Shown: piece after piece, positions 46,336 to 55,754 of the stretch
Numbering within the stretch: the first letter of the stretch is position 1
Layout: every line of letters begins with the position of its first letter
Translations under genes and position numbers: made by a program
NCBI GenBank assembly: GCA_965223155.1
Contig: CBDCVR010000013.1
Span: 997,538-1,061,537 of the forward strand
DNA from: Candidatus Multivoradales bacterium
GTDB taxonomy: Bacteria; Acidobacteriota; Thermoanaerobaculia; Multivoradales; JAHEKO01
Length of the DNA: 64,000 nucleotides
Reading direction: 5' to 3'
Notes under the pieces: generated by a model
The model's database searches: none
Told to the model about the DNA's origin: nothing
What the model saw: only the letters and a program-made list of their open reading frames with translations

Positions 46336-47573
46336 CGGAGGAAGCGAAAGCGGCCGCGGCGTCGAGCCGCCTGGCGCCTTCGGATCTGGTCCGATTCGCG
46401 GCGGGAAGCCTTGGCGGGCACGGCCTGCGCACGGTCCTGAGTCTCCTGGGGGTCGCCATCGGCGTGACCGCGGTCCTGGTGCTCACGGCCCTGGGCGAGG
46501 GCGCACGCCGCTATGTCGTCGACCAGTTCGCCAACCTGGGCACCAACATCCTGATCGTGCTGCCGGGCAAGACCGAGACCTCGGGGTCCTTCGGCGTGGG
46601 GGGCGTGCCCAACGACCTGACGCTCGACGATGCCCGCGCGGTCGCCCGGGAGTTGCCCGCGATTCGCCAAGTCGCGCCGGTGACCGTCGGCACCGAGGAG
46701 GTTTCTGCCGGTGAGCGGCGGCGGCAGATGGCGGTCATCGGCACCACTCGCGAGTACTCGGCCGTCCGCGAACTGGAGATGGCCCGCGGCGACTTCCTGC
46801 CCGACGAGGAGATGTTCCGGGGCTCACAGGTCGCTGTCGTCGGTTACTCGGCGGCGCGCGAGCTCTTCGGCACCCAGGACCCCGTCGGGCAGATCGTCCG
46901 GGCTGGCGGCTGGCGCTTCCGGGTCGTCGGCGTCCTGGCTCCGCAGGGGACGACCATGGGCATCAACTTCGACGACGTGACGATCGTGCCGGTGCAGACC
47001 GGCATGCGGATGCTGAACCGATCCTCCCTGTTCCGCATCGTCGCGCAGGTCCACGCGCACGCCGATCTGGACTCGGCCAAGGAGGCAATGCTGCGGCTCC
47101 TGACCGAACGGCACGACGAGGAAGACGTGACCGTCCTGACTCAGGACGCCGTCGTCTCGACCTTCGGGGCGATTCTCCAAACCTTGACCCTGGTGGTGGG
47201 GGCGATCGGAGCCATCTCGCTGTCGGTCGCCGGCATCGGCATCATGAACGTCATGCTGGTCTCGGTCTCGGAGCGGACCCGCGAGATCGGTCTGCTCAAG
47301 GCGATCGGGGCTTCCCGCCGGCAGATCCTGGGACTCTTCCTGGTCGAGGCGGTCATCATCTCGGCGGCGGGAGGACTCCTGGGAGCGCTGGTCGGCTGGC
47401 TGGTGGTAGGCCTCCTGGTGCGCCTGGTGCCGGCGCTTCCCGCCAGTCCTCCAACCTGGGCCGTGGGCGCCGCGTTGAGCCTGGCGGTGGTGGTCGGCGG
47501 CGTCTTCGGCCTGCTACCCGCCCGCCGGGCCACCCGGCTGGATCCCGTGGCTGCCTTGAGCGGCCGAGGCTGA
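46332..47573 (+). CDS. ABC transporter permease, FtsX/MacB-type
   Basis: 4-TM FtsX-like architecture with a large periplasmic loop. GTGA overlap with the ATPase gene. Confidence 0.8.
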   Translation: MTEEAKAAAASSRLAPSDLVRFAAGSLGGHGLRTVLSLLGVAIGVTAVLVLTALGEGARRYVVDQFANLGTNILIVLPGKTETSGSFGVGGVPNDLTLDDARAVARELPAIRQVAPVTVGTEEVSAGERRRQMAVIGTTREYSAVRELEMARGDFLPDEEMFRGSQVAVVGYSAARELFGTQDPVGQIVRAGGWRFRVVGVLAPQGTTMGINFDDVTIVPVQTGMRMLNRSSLFRIVAQVHAHADLDSAKEAMLRLLTERHDEEDVTVLTQDAVVSTFGAILQTLTLVVGAIGAISLSVAGIGIMNVMLVSVSERTREIGLLKAIGASRRQILGLFLVEAVIISAAGGLLGALVGWLVVGLLVRLVPALPASPPTWAVGAALSLAVVVGGVFGLLPARRATRLDPVAALSGRG

Positions 47574-47587
47574 CCGGAAGAACGACC

Positions 47588-48784
47588 GTGATCGAGCTCC
47601 CCGCCCTCGCCATCAAGACCGTGTTCGCTCACCGGCTGCGCTCGCTGCTCTCGGTGCTCGGCATCGCCATCGGCATCCTGTCGGTCATCCTGCTCACCTC
47701 CCTGGGCGAGGGCACCCGCCGCTACATGATCGAGCAGTTCTCCCAGTTCGGCACCAACCTGATCGCGATCAACCCCGGCAAGGCCGAAACCTCGGGCATC
47801 CCCGGGATCTTCGGCGGCACCACCCAAAAGCTCACCCTGGACGACGCCGAGGCCCTGCACCGCATCCCCGGCATCGAGCACGTCGTGCCTCTGGCCTTCG
47901 GCATGGCCCGAGTCGAGGGCGAGGGCCGGGGCCGGAGCGTGTTCATTTACGGCGTCACTCCGGCCATGGAAGAGGTCTGGCGCTGGTCCGTCGCGGTCGG
48001 GTCGTATTGGCCGTCGACGGATCCCCGGGAAGGATCCCAGCAAGCGGTCCTGGGCCCCAAGCTCAAGAGCGAGCTCTTCGGCACCGACAGCGCCTTGGGC
48101 CGATTCGTCAAGATCGGCGGCAGCCGATTCCGGGTGACCGGGGTCATGGAGCCCAAGGGGCAGATGTTGGGCTTCGATCTGGACGACGCGGCCTTCATTC
48201 CGGTGGCAACGGCCATGCGCGTCTTCAATCTGGACGAGCTCAACGAGATCGATCTGACCTTCGCAGCCGGCCGCGAGGCGGCCCCGGTCGAGAACGCGAT
48301 TCGGGCGCTCCTGACCGAGCGGCATGGCGGCAAGGACGACGTCACCATCACCACCCAAGCGGCGATGCTCGAGACCTTCGGCAACATCATGGACATCGTC
48401 ACGCTGGCGGTAGGCGCCATCGGCGGCATCTCGCTCCTGGTCGGAGCGATCGGCATCCTCACCATGATGTGGATCGCGGTCGGCGAGCGCACCAATGAGA
48501 TCGGCTTGATCCGCTCGATCGGGGCCACCCGGCGTCAAGTCGAGGTGGTCTTCCTGACCGAAGCCGCCTTGCTGGCGCTGCTCGGGGGATTGGCCGGCGT
48601 GGGCACCGGCCTGGGCATCTGCGCTCTGCTCCGCACCCTGGTCCCGGGCCTGCCGGTTCACACCCCGGCGGTCTTCGTGGCCGCGGCGCTCGTGATCAGC
48701 CTGGTGACCGGGGTCGCCTCGGGCGTCTTGCCGGCGCGGCGGGCCGCGTCCCTCGACCCGGTGGAGGCCCTCCGCGCCGAGTAA
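47588..48784 (+). CDS. ABC transporter permease, FtsX/MacB-type (second copy)
   Basis: Paralog of the upstream permease. Confidence 0.8.
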   Translation: MIELPALAIKTVFAHRLRSLLSVLGIAIGILSVILLTSLGEGTRRYMIEQFSQFGTNLIAINPGKAETSGIPGIFGGTTQKLTLDDAEALHRIPGIEHVVPLAFGMARVEGEGRGRSVFIYGVTPAMEEVWRWSVAVGSYWPSTDPREGSQQAVLGPKLKSELFGTDSALGRFVKIGGSRFRVTGVMEPKGQMLGFDLDDAAFIPVATAMRVFNLDELNEIDLTFAAGREAAPVENAIRALLTERHGGKDDVTITTQAAMLETFGNIMDIVTLAVGAIGGISLLVGAIGILTMMWIAVGERTNEIGLIRSIGATRRQVEVVFLTEAALLALLGGLAGVGTGLGICALLRTLVPGLPVHTPAVFVAAALVISLVTGVASGVLPARRAASLDPVEALRAE

Positions 48785-48795
48785 TCGGTGAGTGC

Positions 48796-49377
48796 CTAGG
48801 GGCCTTCGCTATAGCTCTCGACGCGGTATCGCCAGAAGCGAAGATCGTCCACGTCGTCACCGGGCCGAATACCCGCCTTTTGCTTCAGGCGGGCGACGAA
48901 GTCCTCCGAGTTTGCCACTTCGCTCCAGACCTGTGGCAGGAACGTTGCCCGCCGGCCGCCGCTGCGCAGGACGAGGCCGTCGACTCCGGGTCGCAGGACC
49001 TCCAGGAGCTCCGCTTCCGTGCACGGCGGCAGGGCCTCGGGCTCGCTCAGTACCGAGACCTCGACGCGGATCCGACCCACCTCCTCCGCAGTGACCGGGG
49101 CAAAGCGCGGATCTTCGAAGGCCGCGGCCCGGGCATTGGCCGCGATGTCGGCGGCCAAGGAGCGGCGAGCAACCAGACTCCCGATGCAACCGCGTAGCTG
49201 GCCGTCCAGAGTCAAGGTGACGAAGCTCGCGGCTGGCCGATCGAGCCATTCGGCCTCGGCGCCGGCCGGCTCAACCGCGTCCGGAACTGCCGTACCCAGC
49301 TCGGCGGCAAGCGTCCGCCGCGCCACCCCCACGGTCAGCTCGCCCCGGCGGGACCGATCCGGACAGGTACCGGTCAT
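48796..49377 (-). CDS. AMMECR1 domain protein
   Basis: LRGCIGS motif. Its ATG overlaps the stop of the upstream MEMO1-like gene. Confidence 0.8.
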   Translation of the reverse strand: MTGTCPDRSRRGELTVGVARRTLAAELGTAVPDAVEPAGAEAEWLDRPAASFVTLTLDGQLRGCIGSLVARRSLAADIAANARAAAFEDPRFAPVTAEEVGRIRVEVSVLSEPEALPPCTEAELLEVLRPGVDGLVLRSGGRRATFLPQVWSEVANSEDFVARLKQKAGIRPGDDVDDLRFWRYRVESYSEGP

Positions 49378-50186
49378 GGCGGATAGAACGCGAAGGCGCC
49401 GTAGCCGACGACCCGGTCGGATCCGCCGGCGGTGTCGCCCGAGTTGCGGAGATCGATCGCCCGTGCCTCGAAGCCCCTGCGCGCGGCCGACCTCAGCAAG
49501 CCGTTGATCGGCGCGGCGCCGCAAGCGTCTTCGGGACCGAGGGTCGCGTCACCGGCGAGGATCCGCTCGGCGGTGGCGCGATCGGCGGCGCGCGCCGCCC
49601 CGTAGGGCAGATAGTGCGACAGATCGGAGCTCACAACGACGCACACGTCGTCTCCGTCCCAGACGGCGTCGAGCACCGCCGCGACCTGAGTGGGTGCGGC
49701 CACGCCGACCACGAGAGGCAGCACGGTGAGCTCGTCGGCCAACAGTTGCAGAAACGGCAGCTCGACCTCGAGCGAATGCTCGCCGGCGTGCGCCCGATCC
49801 TCGACCGTAACCGGCGCCTGGGCCAGCGCGCGCCGGGCCAGCTCGCCGTCCACCTCCACCTCTCCCAGCGGCGTCGCCAGAGCCTCTGCGTCGGGAAGCG
49901 CCAGACCCGAGAGCCGGAGGCGATGCGCCGGCCCCAGAAGCACGACCCGCAGCTTGCCAGAGCCTCCTGCGAGCCGCGCGAAGGCGCTACCGGCGATCTC
50001 GCCCGAGTATCGGTAGCCAGCGTGCGGCGCGATCAGCGCTCGAGGCGGGCCCAGGTCGTCGAGCCCGGCGCCCAGCTCGGTACCCAGCTCCAGGTAGGCA
50101 CGGACCGCCGCGGCCAGCTCGGCGGCGTCGCCGGGATAGAACAGACCAGCGACAGCCGGCTGCCGCACCCTGTCGAGATCGGTCAT
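49374..50186 (-). CDS. MEMO1 family protein (AmmeMemoRadiSam system protein B)
   Basis: Family-typical GLFYPGD start region and HxGY..SG. The ATG MTDLDR was chosen within the longer ORF. Confidence 0.75.
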   Translation of the reverse strand: MTDLDRVRQPAVAGLFYPGDAAELAAAVRAYLELGTELGAGLDDLGPPRALIAPHAGYRYSGEIAGSAFARLAGGSGKLRVVLLGPAHRLRLSGLALPDAEALATPLGEVEVDGELARRALAQAPVTVEDRAHAGEHSLEVELPFLQLLADELTVLPLVVGVAAPTQVAAVLDAVWDGDDVCVVVSSDLSHYLPYGAARAADRATAERILAGDATLGPEDACGAAPINGLLRSAARRGFEARAIDLRNSGDTAGGSDRVVGYGAFAFYPP

Positions 50187-50301
50187 CCCTGAGCGTCCTG
50201 AGCGTCCCGCCTTCGATGCTAGCACCGGGTCTCCGGAAGGCAGCTTCCGGTTGCGGAGCCCGGCCCACAGACCCGGCGGACCGAATGGCTCGGACGACGC
50301 C

Positions 50302-51804
50302 CTACTTGATCCCGACCGCCAGCTTGCCGATCGGTCGCGCGAAGACCAGATACGCCAGGCCGCAGACCGCCACGATCGTCGCCACCGTGCCGAAGAGCTC
50401 GGGCAGAGGCATGGCATTGATGTAACCGGCCACCAGCCCGGCGACCAGATTGCCCAGGGCCGCGCCCATGAACCAAGTGCCCATCATCTGGCCGACCAGC
50501 CGCTGCGGCGCCAGCTTGGTAATGCTGCTGAGCCCCACCGGACTCAGGCACAGCTCGCCCACCGTGTGCAAGAAATAGGTCGAGACCAGCCAGCCCATGC
50601 CCACCTTGCCCGGGTCCACGTAGTTCGAACCCCAGGCCAGCACGAAGAAACCGGCGCCCAGGAGCAGCAGGCCCAGCCCGAACTTGACCGGGATCGAAGG
50701 ACTGCGCTCGCCCAGCTTGAGCCAGATCATGCCGATGACCGGCGCCAGCAGAATGATGAAGATCGGATTGACCGACTGAAGCGCACCGGCGGTGATCTCG
50801 CTGCCCAGAAACGTCCGATCGGTGAAATCGCGGGCGAAGAGGTTCATCGACGAGCCCGCTTGCTCGAAGCCGGACCAGAACATGGCGGCTCCGAGAAACA
50901 GCAGCGCACAGAGTCCGATGCGCTTCTTCTCGGTCGCGTCCCGGCACACAAAGGCGATGACGTAGGTGAAATAGGCGATCGCCAGGACGACGACGATGAC
51001 GCCGGTGGCCTGGGCGAACGACACCAGGGTGATCGGCAGCATGCCCGCCTTGCTCAGACCGACCAGTGCCGCCACGGCGACGACGGTCCCGACCAGAGCC
51101 TGGGCGAACGTCTTCTTGGCCTGGGCGCGAACCGTGGGCTGGGCCGACTCTTCGCCGAGCTCGCCCGCGCCCTTGAGGTACTTGCCTCCGACCACGTACT
51201 GAATCAAGGCCAGGGTCATCCCGACGCCAGCCGCGCCGAAGCCGTAGTGCCAGTTCACCCAACCGGCGCCGTCCCTGGGCTCGCCCAGGAACGAGCACAC
51301 GATCGGACCCAGAAAGGCACCGATGTTGATGCCCATGTAGAAGATCGAAAAGCCGGCGTCCCTGCGCGCGCCCTTGTCCTCGTAGAGGTCGCCGACGATG
51401 GCGCTGACATTGGGCTTGAGCAGCCCCGTGCCGAAGACGATGAGAAGCAGGCCTACGTAAAACGCCCAGTTCGCCGGAACGGCCAGCGCGTAGTGCCCGA
51501 GGGCGATCAAGATGCCGCCGTAGAGAACCGCTTTCTTCTGCCCCACCAGGCGGTCGGCGATCCAGCCGCCCGGCAGCGCCAGCGCGTACACGCCGAAGGT
51601 GTAGAGCCCGTAGATCGCCCCGGCCTTGTCCGGGTTCATGCCCAGGCCCTTGTTGGCGGCGTCGGTCATGAACAGGATGAGGAGAGCGCGCATCCCGTAG
51701 TAGCTGAAGCGCTCCCAGAGCTCGGTAAAAAAGAGCGTGGAAAGACCACGAGGATGGCCGAACCATTGGGCGTCCGAGGCTGCGCTGGCTGAGGTCTCGC
51801 TCAT
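50302..51804 (-). CDS. POT/PTR2 family proton-dependent oligopeptide transporter
   Basis: ELWERFSYYGMRALL signature. The ATG MSETSAS was chosen. Confidence 0.85.
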   Translation of the reverse strand: MSETSASAASDAQWFGHPRGLSTLFFTELWERFSYYGMRALLILFMTDAANKGLGMNPDKAGAIYGLYTFGVYALALPGGWIADRLVGQKKAVLYGGILIALGHYALAVPANWAFYVGLLLIVFGTGLLKPNVSAIVGDLYEDKGARRDAGFSIFYMGINIGAFLGPIVCSFLGEPRDGAGWVNWHYGFGAAGVGMTLALIQYVVGGKYLKGAGELGEESAQPTVRAQAKKTFAQALVGTVVAVAALVGLSKAGMLPITLVSFAQATGVIVVVLAIAYFTYVIAFVCRDATEKKRIGLCALLFLGAAMFWSGFEQAGSSMNLFARDFTDRTFLGSEITAGALQSVNPIFIILLAPVIGMIWLKLGERSPSIPVKFGLGLLLLGAGFFVLAWGSNYVDPGKVGMGWLVSTYFLHTVGELCLSPVGLSSITKLAPQRLVGQMMGTWFMGAALGNLVAGLVAGYINAMPLPELFGTVATIVAVCGLAYLVFARPIGKLAVGIK

Positions 51805-51907
51805 TCGAATCTCCAGTTGTTTGGGCCTTTCCGGCCGCGCAAGGATACGGCGAGACGACCGCCACGGCAAGCCGCCGCCAGGCCGGCGCCACTGCGAGCC
51901 GGGGCTG

Positions 51908-53350
51908 CTAGCCGGCCACCTCCGGCATCCAGCCGGCCAGCTGTTCCTTGACGGCCGCGTGCTCGGCCGCCGCCGCGAGGTTGATCCACTCGTTGGGGTC
52001 GCTGTCGTGATCGTAGAGCTCTTCCGAGCCATCGGCGTACCGGATGTAGCGCCAGCGCGAATCGCGCACCCCATGGCTGTCGGCATCGGCGGTGGTGATC
52101 GCCGGCAGCGGCCAGTCGGCGGCCGGGTTCTGGATCAGTGGCCGCAGCGAACGGCCTTCGACGTGCCCGGGAACTCCCACACCGCAGAGGTCGCAAATCG
52201 TCGGATAGAGGTGCATGAGGTCCACCGGAGCCGCGCTGAGCTCTCCGGGCGTAGCCATCCCGGGCGAGCGCAGGATGAAGGGAACTTGGGTGGCCTGCTC
52301 CCACAACTGGTACTTGTGCCACGCGCCCTTCTGGCCATGGTTGAAACCGTGGTCGCTCCAGAGCGCCACGACGGTGGTGTCCGCCTGTCCGCTGCGCTCG
52401 AGAGCGTCCAGCACCCGGCCCAGCATGGTGTCGATGAAGTACGTGGCCGCCAGGTAGGAGACCACCGCCCGCCGCCATTGCCGGCTGGCCCGGATCCGGC
52501 GGAAATGGCTGTGGAAGGAGCGCAGCCGCGCGTGGCGCGGCACGTCCCGACGATCGTTGGCCAGGACCTCGGGCAGATGCACCTTGGCCGGATCGAAGGC
52601 CCGGAAGTAGCGCTTGGGCACGAACCAGGGCAAATGGGGCTCGAAGAAGCCGACCGCGAGAAACCAGGGCTCCTCCCCAGCCGCCTCCAGCTTGCGCTCG
52701 GCCCAGGCCGCAAGCTGGCCGTCCCACATCTCAGCGTCCGGGATCGCGACCGGCCCCCAGTTGAGCATGGAGTCCTCGTTGAAGCCGTAGCGCTTGGGAG
52801 CCGCTCTCCGGCCGAAGAGATCCGGCACCTCGGGGGTGAAGAAGTCGTCAAAGACCGAGTCGCGCACCTCGTGGAAGATCTTGCCGCCCCCGGCCACGCG
52901 GTAGCCGGCCGCCCGGAAGTGCGCCGGCAGCGAGCCCCGCAGCAGATCCAGGGGAAACGGATCCGAGTTGGTGCGCACGCCGGATGTCCAGGGCCGCACG
53001 CCGGTCAGAACGGCCGTGCGCGACGCGTTGCAGTTGGTGCCCGGACTGTAGGCACGGCGGAAGAGCCGTCCGGAAGCGGCCAGCCCGTCCAGATTGGGAG
53101 TGCGCGCGTCCGGGTGGCCTCCCAGGCAGCCGACCCAGTTGTTGAGATCGTCGATCGAGATCAGGAGCACGTTTGGACGGCGGCGCGATCCGCACCCGGC
53201 CAAACTCAAGGCCCCGCTCGTGGCGAGAGCGAGCGAGCCGGCGCCCGCCAAACCCCATCGCAGGATGCCCCGGCGAGTTCTCTCCGTCTCGACCCCGGCC
53301 GCGACACCCCGCCTCTTTTTGACTCTCTTGCCAGTCTCGGTTCGTTTCAT
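51908..53350 (-). CDS. sulfatase (arylsulfatase family) with twin-arginine signal
   Basis: Sulfatase N-terminal LLISIDDLNNW plus an active-site region CNASRTAVLTG, which is a C-x-A-x-R variant. Tat motif TRRGILRWGLAGAGSLALATSGA. The upstream portion of the track ORF is a reverse read-through of the tRNA. Confidence 0.8.
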   Translation of the reverse strand: MKRTETGKRVKKRRGVAAGVETERTRRGILRWGLAGAGSLALATSGALSLAGCGSRRRPNVLLISIDDLNNWVGCLGGHPDARTPNLDGLAASGRLFRRAYSPGTNCNASRTAVLTGVRPWTSGVRTNSDPFPLDLLRGSLPAHFRAAGYRVAGGGKIFHEVRDSVFDDFFTPEVPDLFGRRAAPKRYGFNEDSMLNWGPVAIPDAEMWDGQLAAWAERKLEAAGEEPWFLAVGFFEPHLPWFVPKRYFRAFDPAKVHLPEVLANDRRDVPRHARLRSFHSHFRRIRASRQWRRAVVSYLAATYFIDTMLGRVLDALERSGQADTTVVALWSDHGFNHGQKGAWHKYQLWEQATQVPFILRSPGMATPGELSAAPVDLMHLYPTICDLCGVGVPGHVEGRSLRPLIQNPAADWPLPAITTADADSHGVRDSRWRYIRYADGSEELYDHDSDPNEWINLAAAAEHAAVKEQLAGWMPEVAG

Positions 53351-53560
53351 TCTTCTTGGGACCTCTTCGATTCGCGCTCTTCCGGGCCCAGGCACTTCCG
53401 GCTGACCCCGGCCGCCCGACCTGGGGGAAACGATCAGCGCATCATAGTCCCTCAGCGGCCCATCCCGGCTCGGGACCGACGCTTGACCGCTCGGAAAGCC
53501 ACCGATATCCTCGCCATTCTTTGGCGCCGGGGAGAGCCCGTCCCGGAGCCGGCGCCGAAT

Positions 53561-53637
<77 letters not shown>

Positions 53638-53804
53638 TTGTTTCGTGCCGCCGGTTGCAACCCGCGAACGAGGGAACCGGCGGCCCCGAGACCGAGCCGG
53701 CCAGGACTCGATCGCCTCCTCGAGGGCCAGCCCGAGCCGCCGACCTAGGCTAGAATGCTAGGTACGCGCGGCCGCCAACGGGCCCGCCGCGGAAAGGGGT
53801 TTCT

Positions 53805-55592
53805 ATGGCCATCAAGACGCTTGCCGACATCTTCTTTCTGGTCGCCGAGCGGCCGAAGCCGGACTGCCTGAAGCACAAGGTGGACGGCATTTACCGGGAC
53901 GTGTCCACGGCCGAGCTCGTGGACGGCGTCCAGCGCCTGGCCACCGCGCTCGTCGAGTTCGGCATCCAGCCCGGCGATCGCGTGGCGCTCATGGCCGAGA
54001 ACGGTCCCCACTGGCCCACCATCGATTTCGCGAGCTTGACTCTCGGCGCGGTGTTGGCGCCGGTCTACCCCACCCTGACCGGCGACCAGGCGGCGTACGT
54101 GATCAACGACTGCGGCGCCGAGATCGCGTTCGTCCAGGGGCACGCACGGCTCGACAGCTTGCTCGAGGAACGATCCAACATGCCCGCCGTGCGCCGCTTC
54201 GTGGTCATCGACGACGAGCCCAAAGGCGACGACATTCCCACCCTGGCATCCGTGCTCGAGGGCAGCGAGCCGATGCCGCTCGACGAGTTGCGCCGCCGGG
54301 CCGAAGCGATCGAGCCCGATGATCTCGCCACCTTCATCTACACCAGCGGCACCACCGGCAACCCCAAGGGCGTCATGCTCTCGCACGGCAACATCGCGTC
54401 CAACGTCGAAGCCAATCTCAACACGCTCGAGATCGCCAGCCACCAGACCGCCTTGTCCTTCCTACCGCTGTCGCATTCGTTCGAGCGCACCATCGACTAC
54501 ATCTACTTCGCCCAGGGCCTGACCGTCGCCTACGCCGAATCGGTCCAGACCGTGGGCGAGAACCTCCAGGAGATCCGGCCCCACTTCTTCGTCTCGGTGC
54601 CCCGGGTCTACGAGAAGGTGCTGGCGCGGGTACGCGAGAACGTGGCCAAGAGCTCCTCGACCAAGCAGAGGATCTTCCGCTGGGCCGAAAGCGTGGCCCG
54701 CGACGCGTTGCCGTACCGGCTCCGCCGCGAGAATCCGCCGGGGCTGCTCGGCTTGAAGCTCAAGATCGCCGACAAGCTTGTCTTCGCCAAGCTGCGCGAG
54801 CGCCTGGGCGGCCGCTTCGAAGCAGCGACCTCGGGCGGGGCCCCGCTCGGTCGCGACGTCGCGGCCTTCTTCTGGGGCGCCGGCATCGAAATCTACGAGG
54901 GCTACGGCCTGTCGGAGACCTCTCCGGTCCTGACCGTCAACCGCCCGGGCAAGGCCAAGCTGGGCACCGTCGGCACGGCTATCCCGGGCGTTACCCTGCG
55001 CATCGCCGAGGACGGCGAGATCCTGGCCAAGGGACCCAACATCATGCAGGGCTACTGGAACCTGCCAGAGAAGACCGCCGAGGCGATAGACAGTGACGGC
55101 TGGTTCCATACCGGCGACATCGGGGAAATCGACGACGAGGGCTTCCTCAAGATCACCGACCGCAAGAAGGAGATCATCGTCAACGCCTACGGCAAGAACG
55201 TGGCGCCGGCACCGATCGAGAACGCCATCAAGTCCAGCCCGTACATCGAGCAGGCAGTGGTCATCGGCGACCGGCGGAAGTTTCTCTCCGCCCTGATCGT
55301 GCCCGACTTCGCCACTCTCGACGTCTGGGCCGGCGAGCACGGATTGCGCAGTGATGACCGGAAGGCGCTGATCGGCGACGAGGCGGTTCGCGACCTCCTG
55401 TACCGGGAGATCGAGAGGGCCAACGAAGAACTCTCCAAGCACCAGCGGGTCCGCGCGTGGGAGCTCCTTCCGGATGAGTTCTCCATCGAGACCGGCGAGC
55501 TGACGCCGACCCAGAAAATCAAGCGCCGAGTCATCCAACAGAAATTCGGCACGGTCATCGACGAGGTCTACCGCCGAGCCGCCGAGGACTGA
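53805..55592 (+). CDS. long-chain fatty acid-CoA ligase (AMP-binding family)
   Basis: YTSGTTGNPKGVMLSH AMP-binding motif. Confidence 0.9.
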   Translation: MAIKTLADIFFLVAERPKPDCLKHKVDGIYRDVSTAELVDGVQRLATALVEFGIQPGDRVALMAENGPHWPTIDFASLTLGAVLAPVYPTLTGDQAAYVINDCGAEIAFVQGHARLDSLLEERSNMPAVRRFVVIDDEPKGDDIPTLASVLEGSEPMPLDELRRRAEAIEPDDLATFIYTSGTTGNPKGVMLSHGNIASNVEANLNTLEIASHQTALSFLPLSHSFERTIDYIYFAQGLTVAYAESVQTVGENLQEIRPHFFVSVPRVYEKVLARVRENVAKSSSTKQRIFRWAESVARDALPYRLRRENPPGLLGLKLKIADKLVFAKLRERLGGRFEAATSGGAPLGRDVAAFFWGAGIEIYEGYGLSETSPVLTVNRPGKAKLGTVGTAIPGVTLRIAEDGEILAKGPNIMQGYWNLPEKTAEAIDSDGWFHTGDIGEIDDEGFLKITDRKKEIIVNAYGKNVAPAPIENAIKSSPYIEQAVVIGDRRKFLSALIVPDFATLDVWAGEHGLRSDDRKALIGDEAVRDLLYREIERANEELSKHQRVRAWELLPDEFSIETGELTPTQKIKRRVIQQKFGTVIDEVYRRAAED

Positions 55593-55754
55593 CGGGCGGC
55601 CGACAGGGCCGGAGCCGCCCAAGCCGCCTCGCGCGCCTTCCGCGGCACGCTTCCCGGCTCGGGTGCCGGACCGGCGGCTCCTGGCTCTCGCGGCATCACC
55701 TACCCATCGTTCATCCGGTATCGTTACCGCCCCAACAGACCACCAGGAACATCC

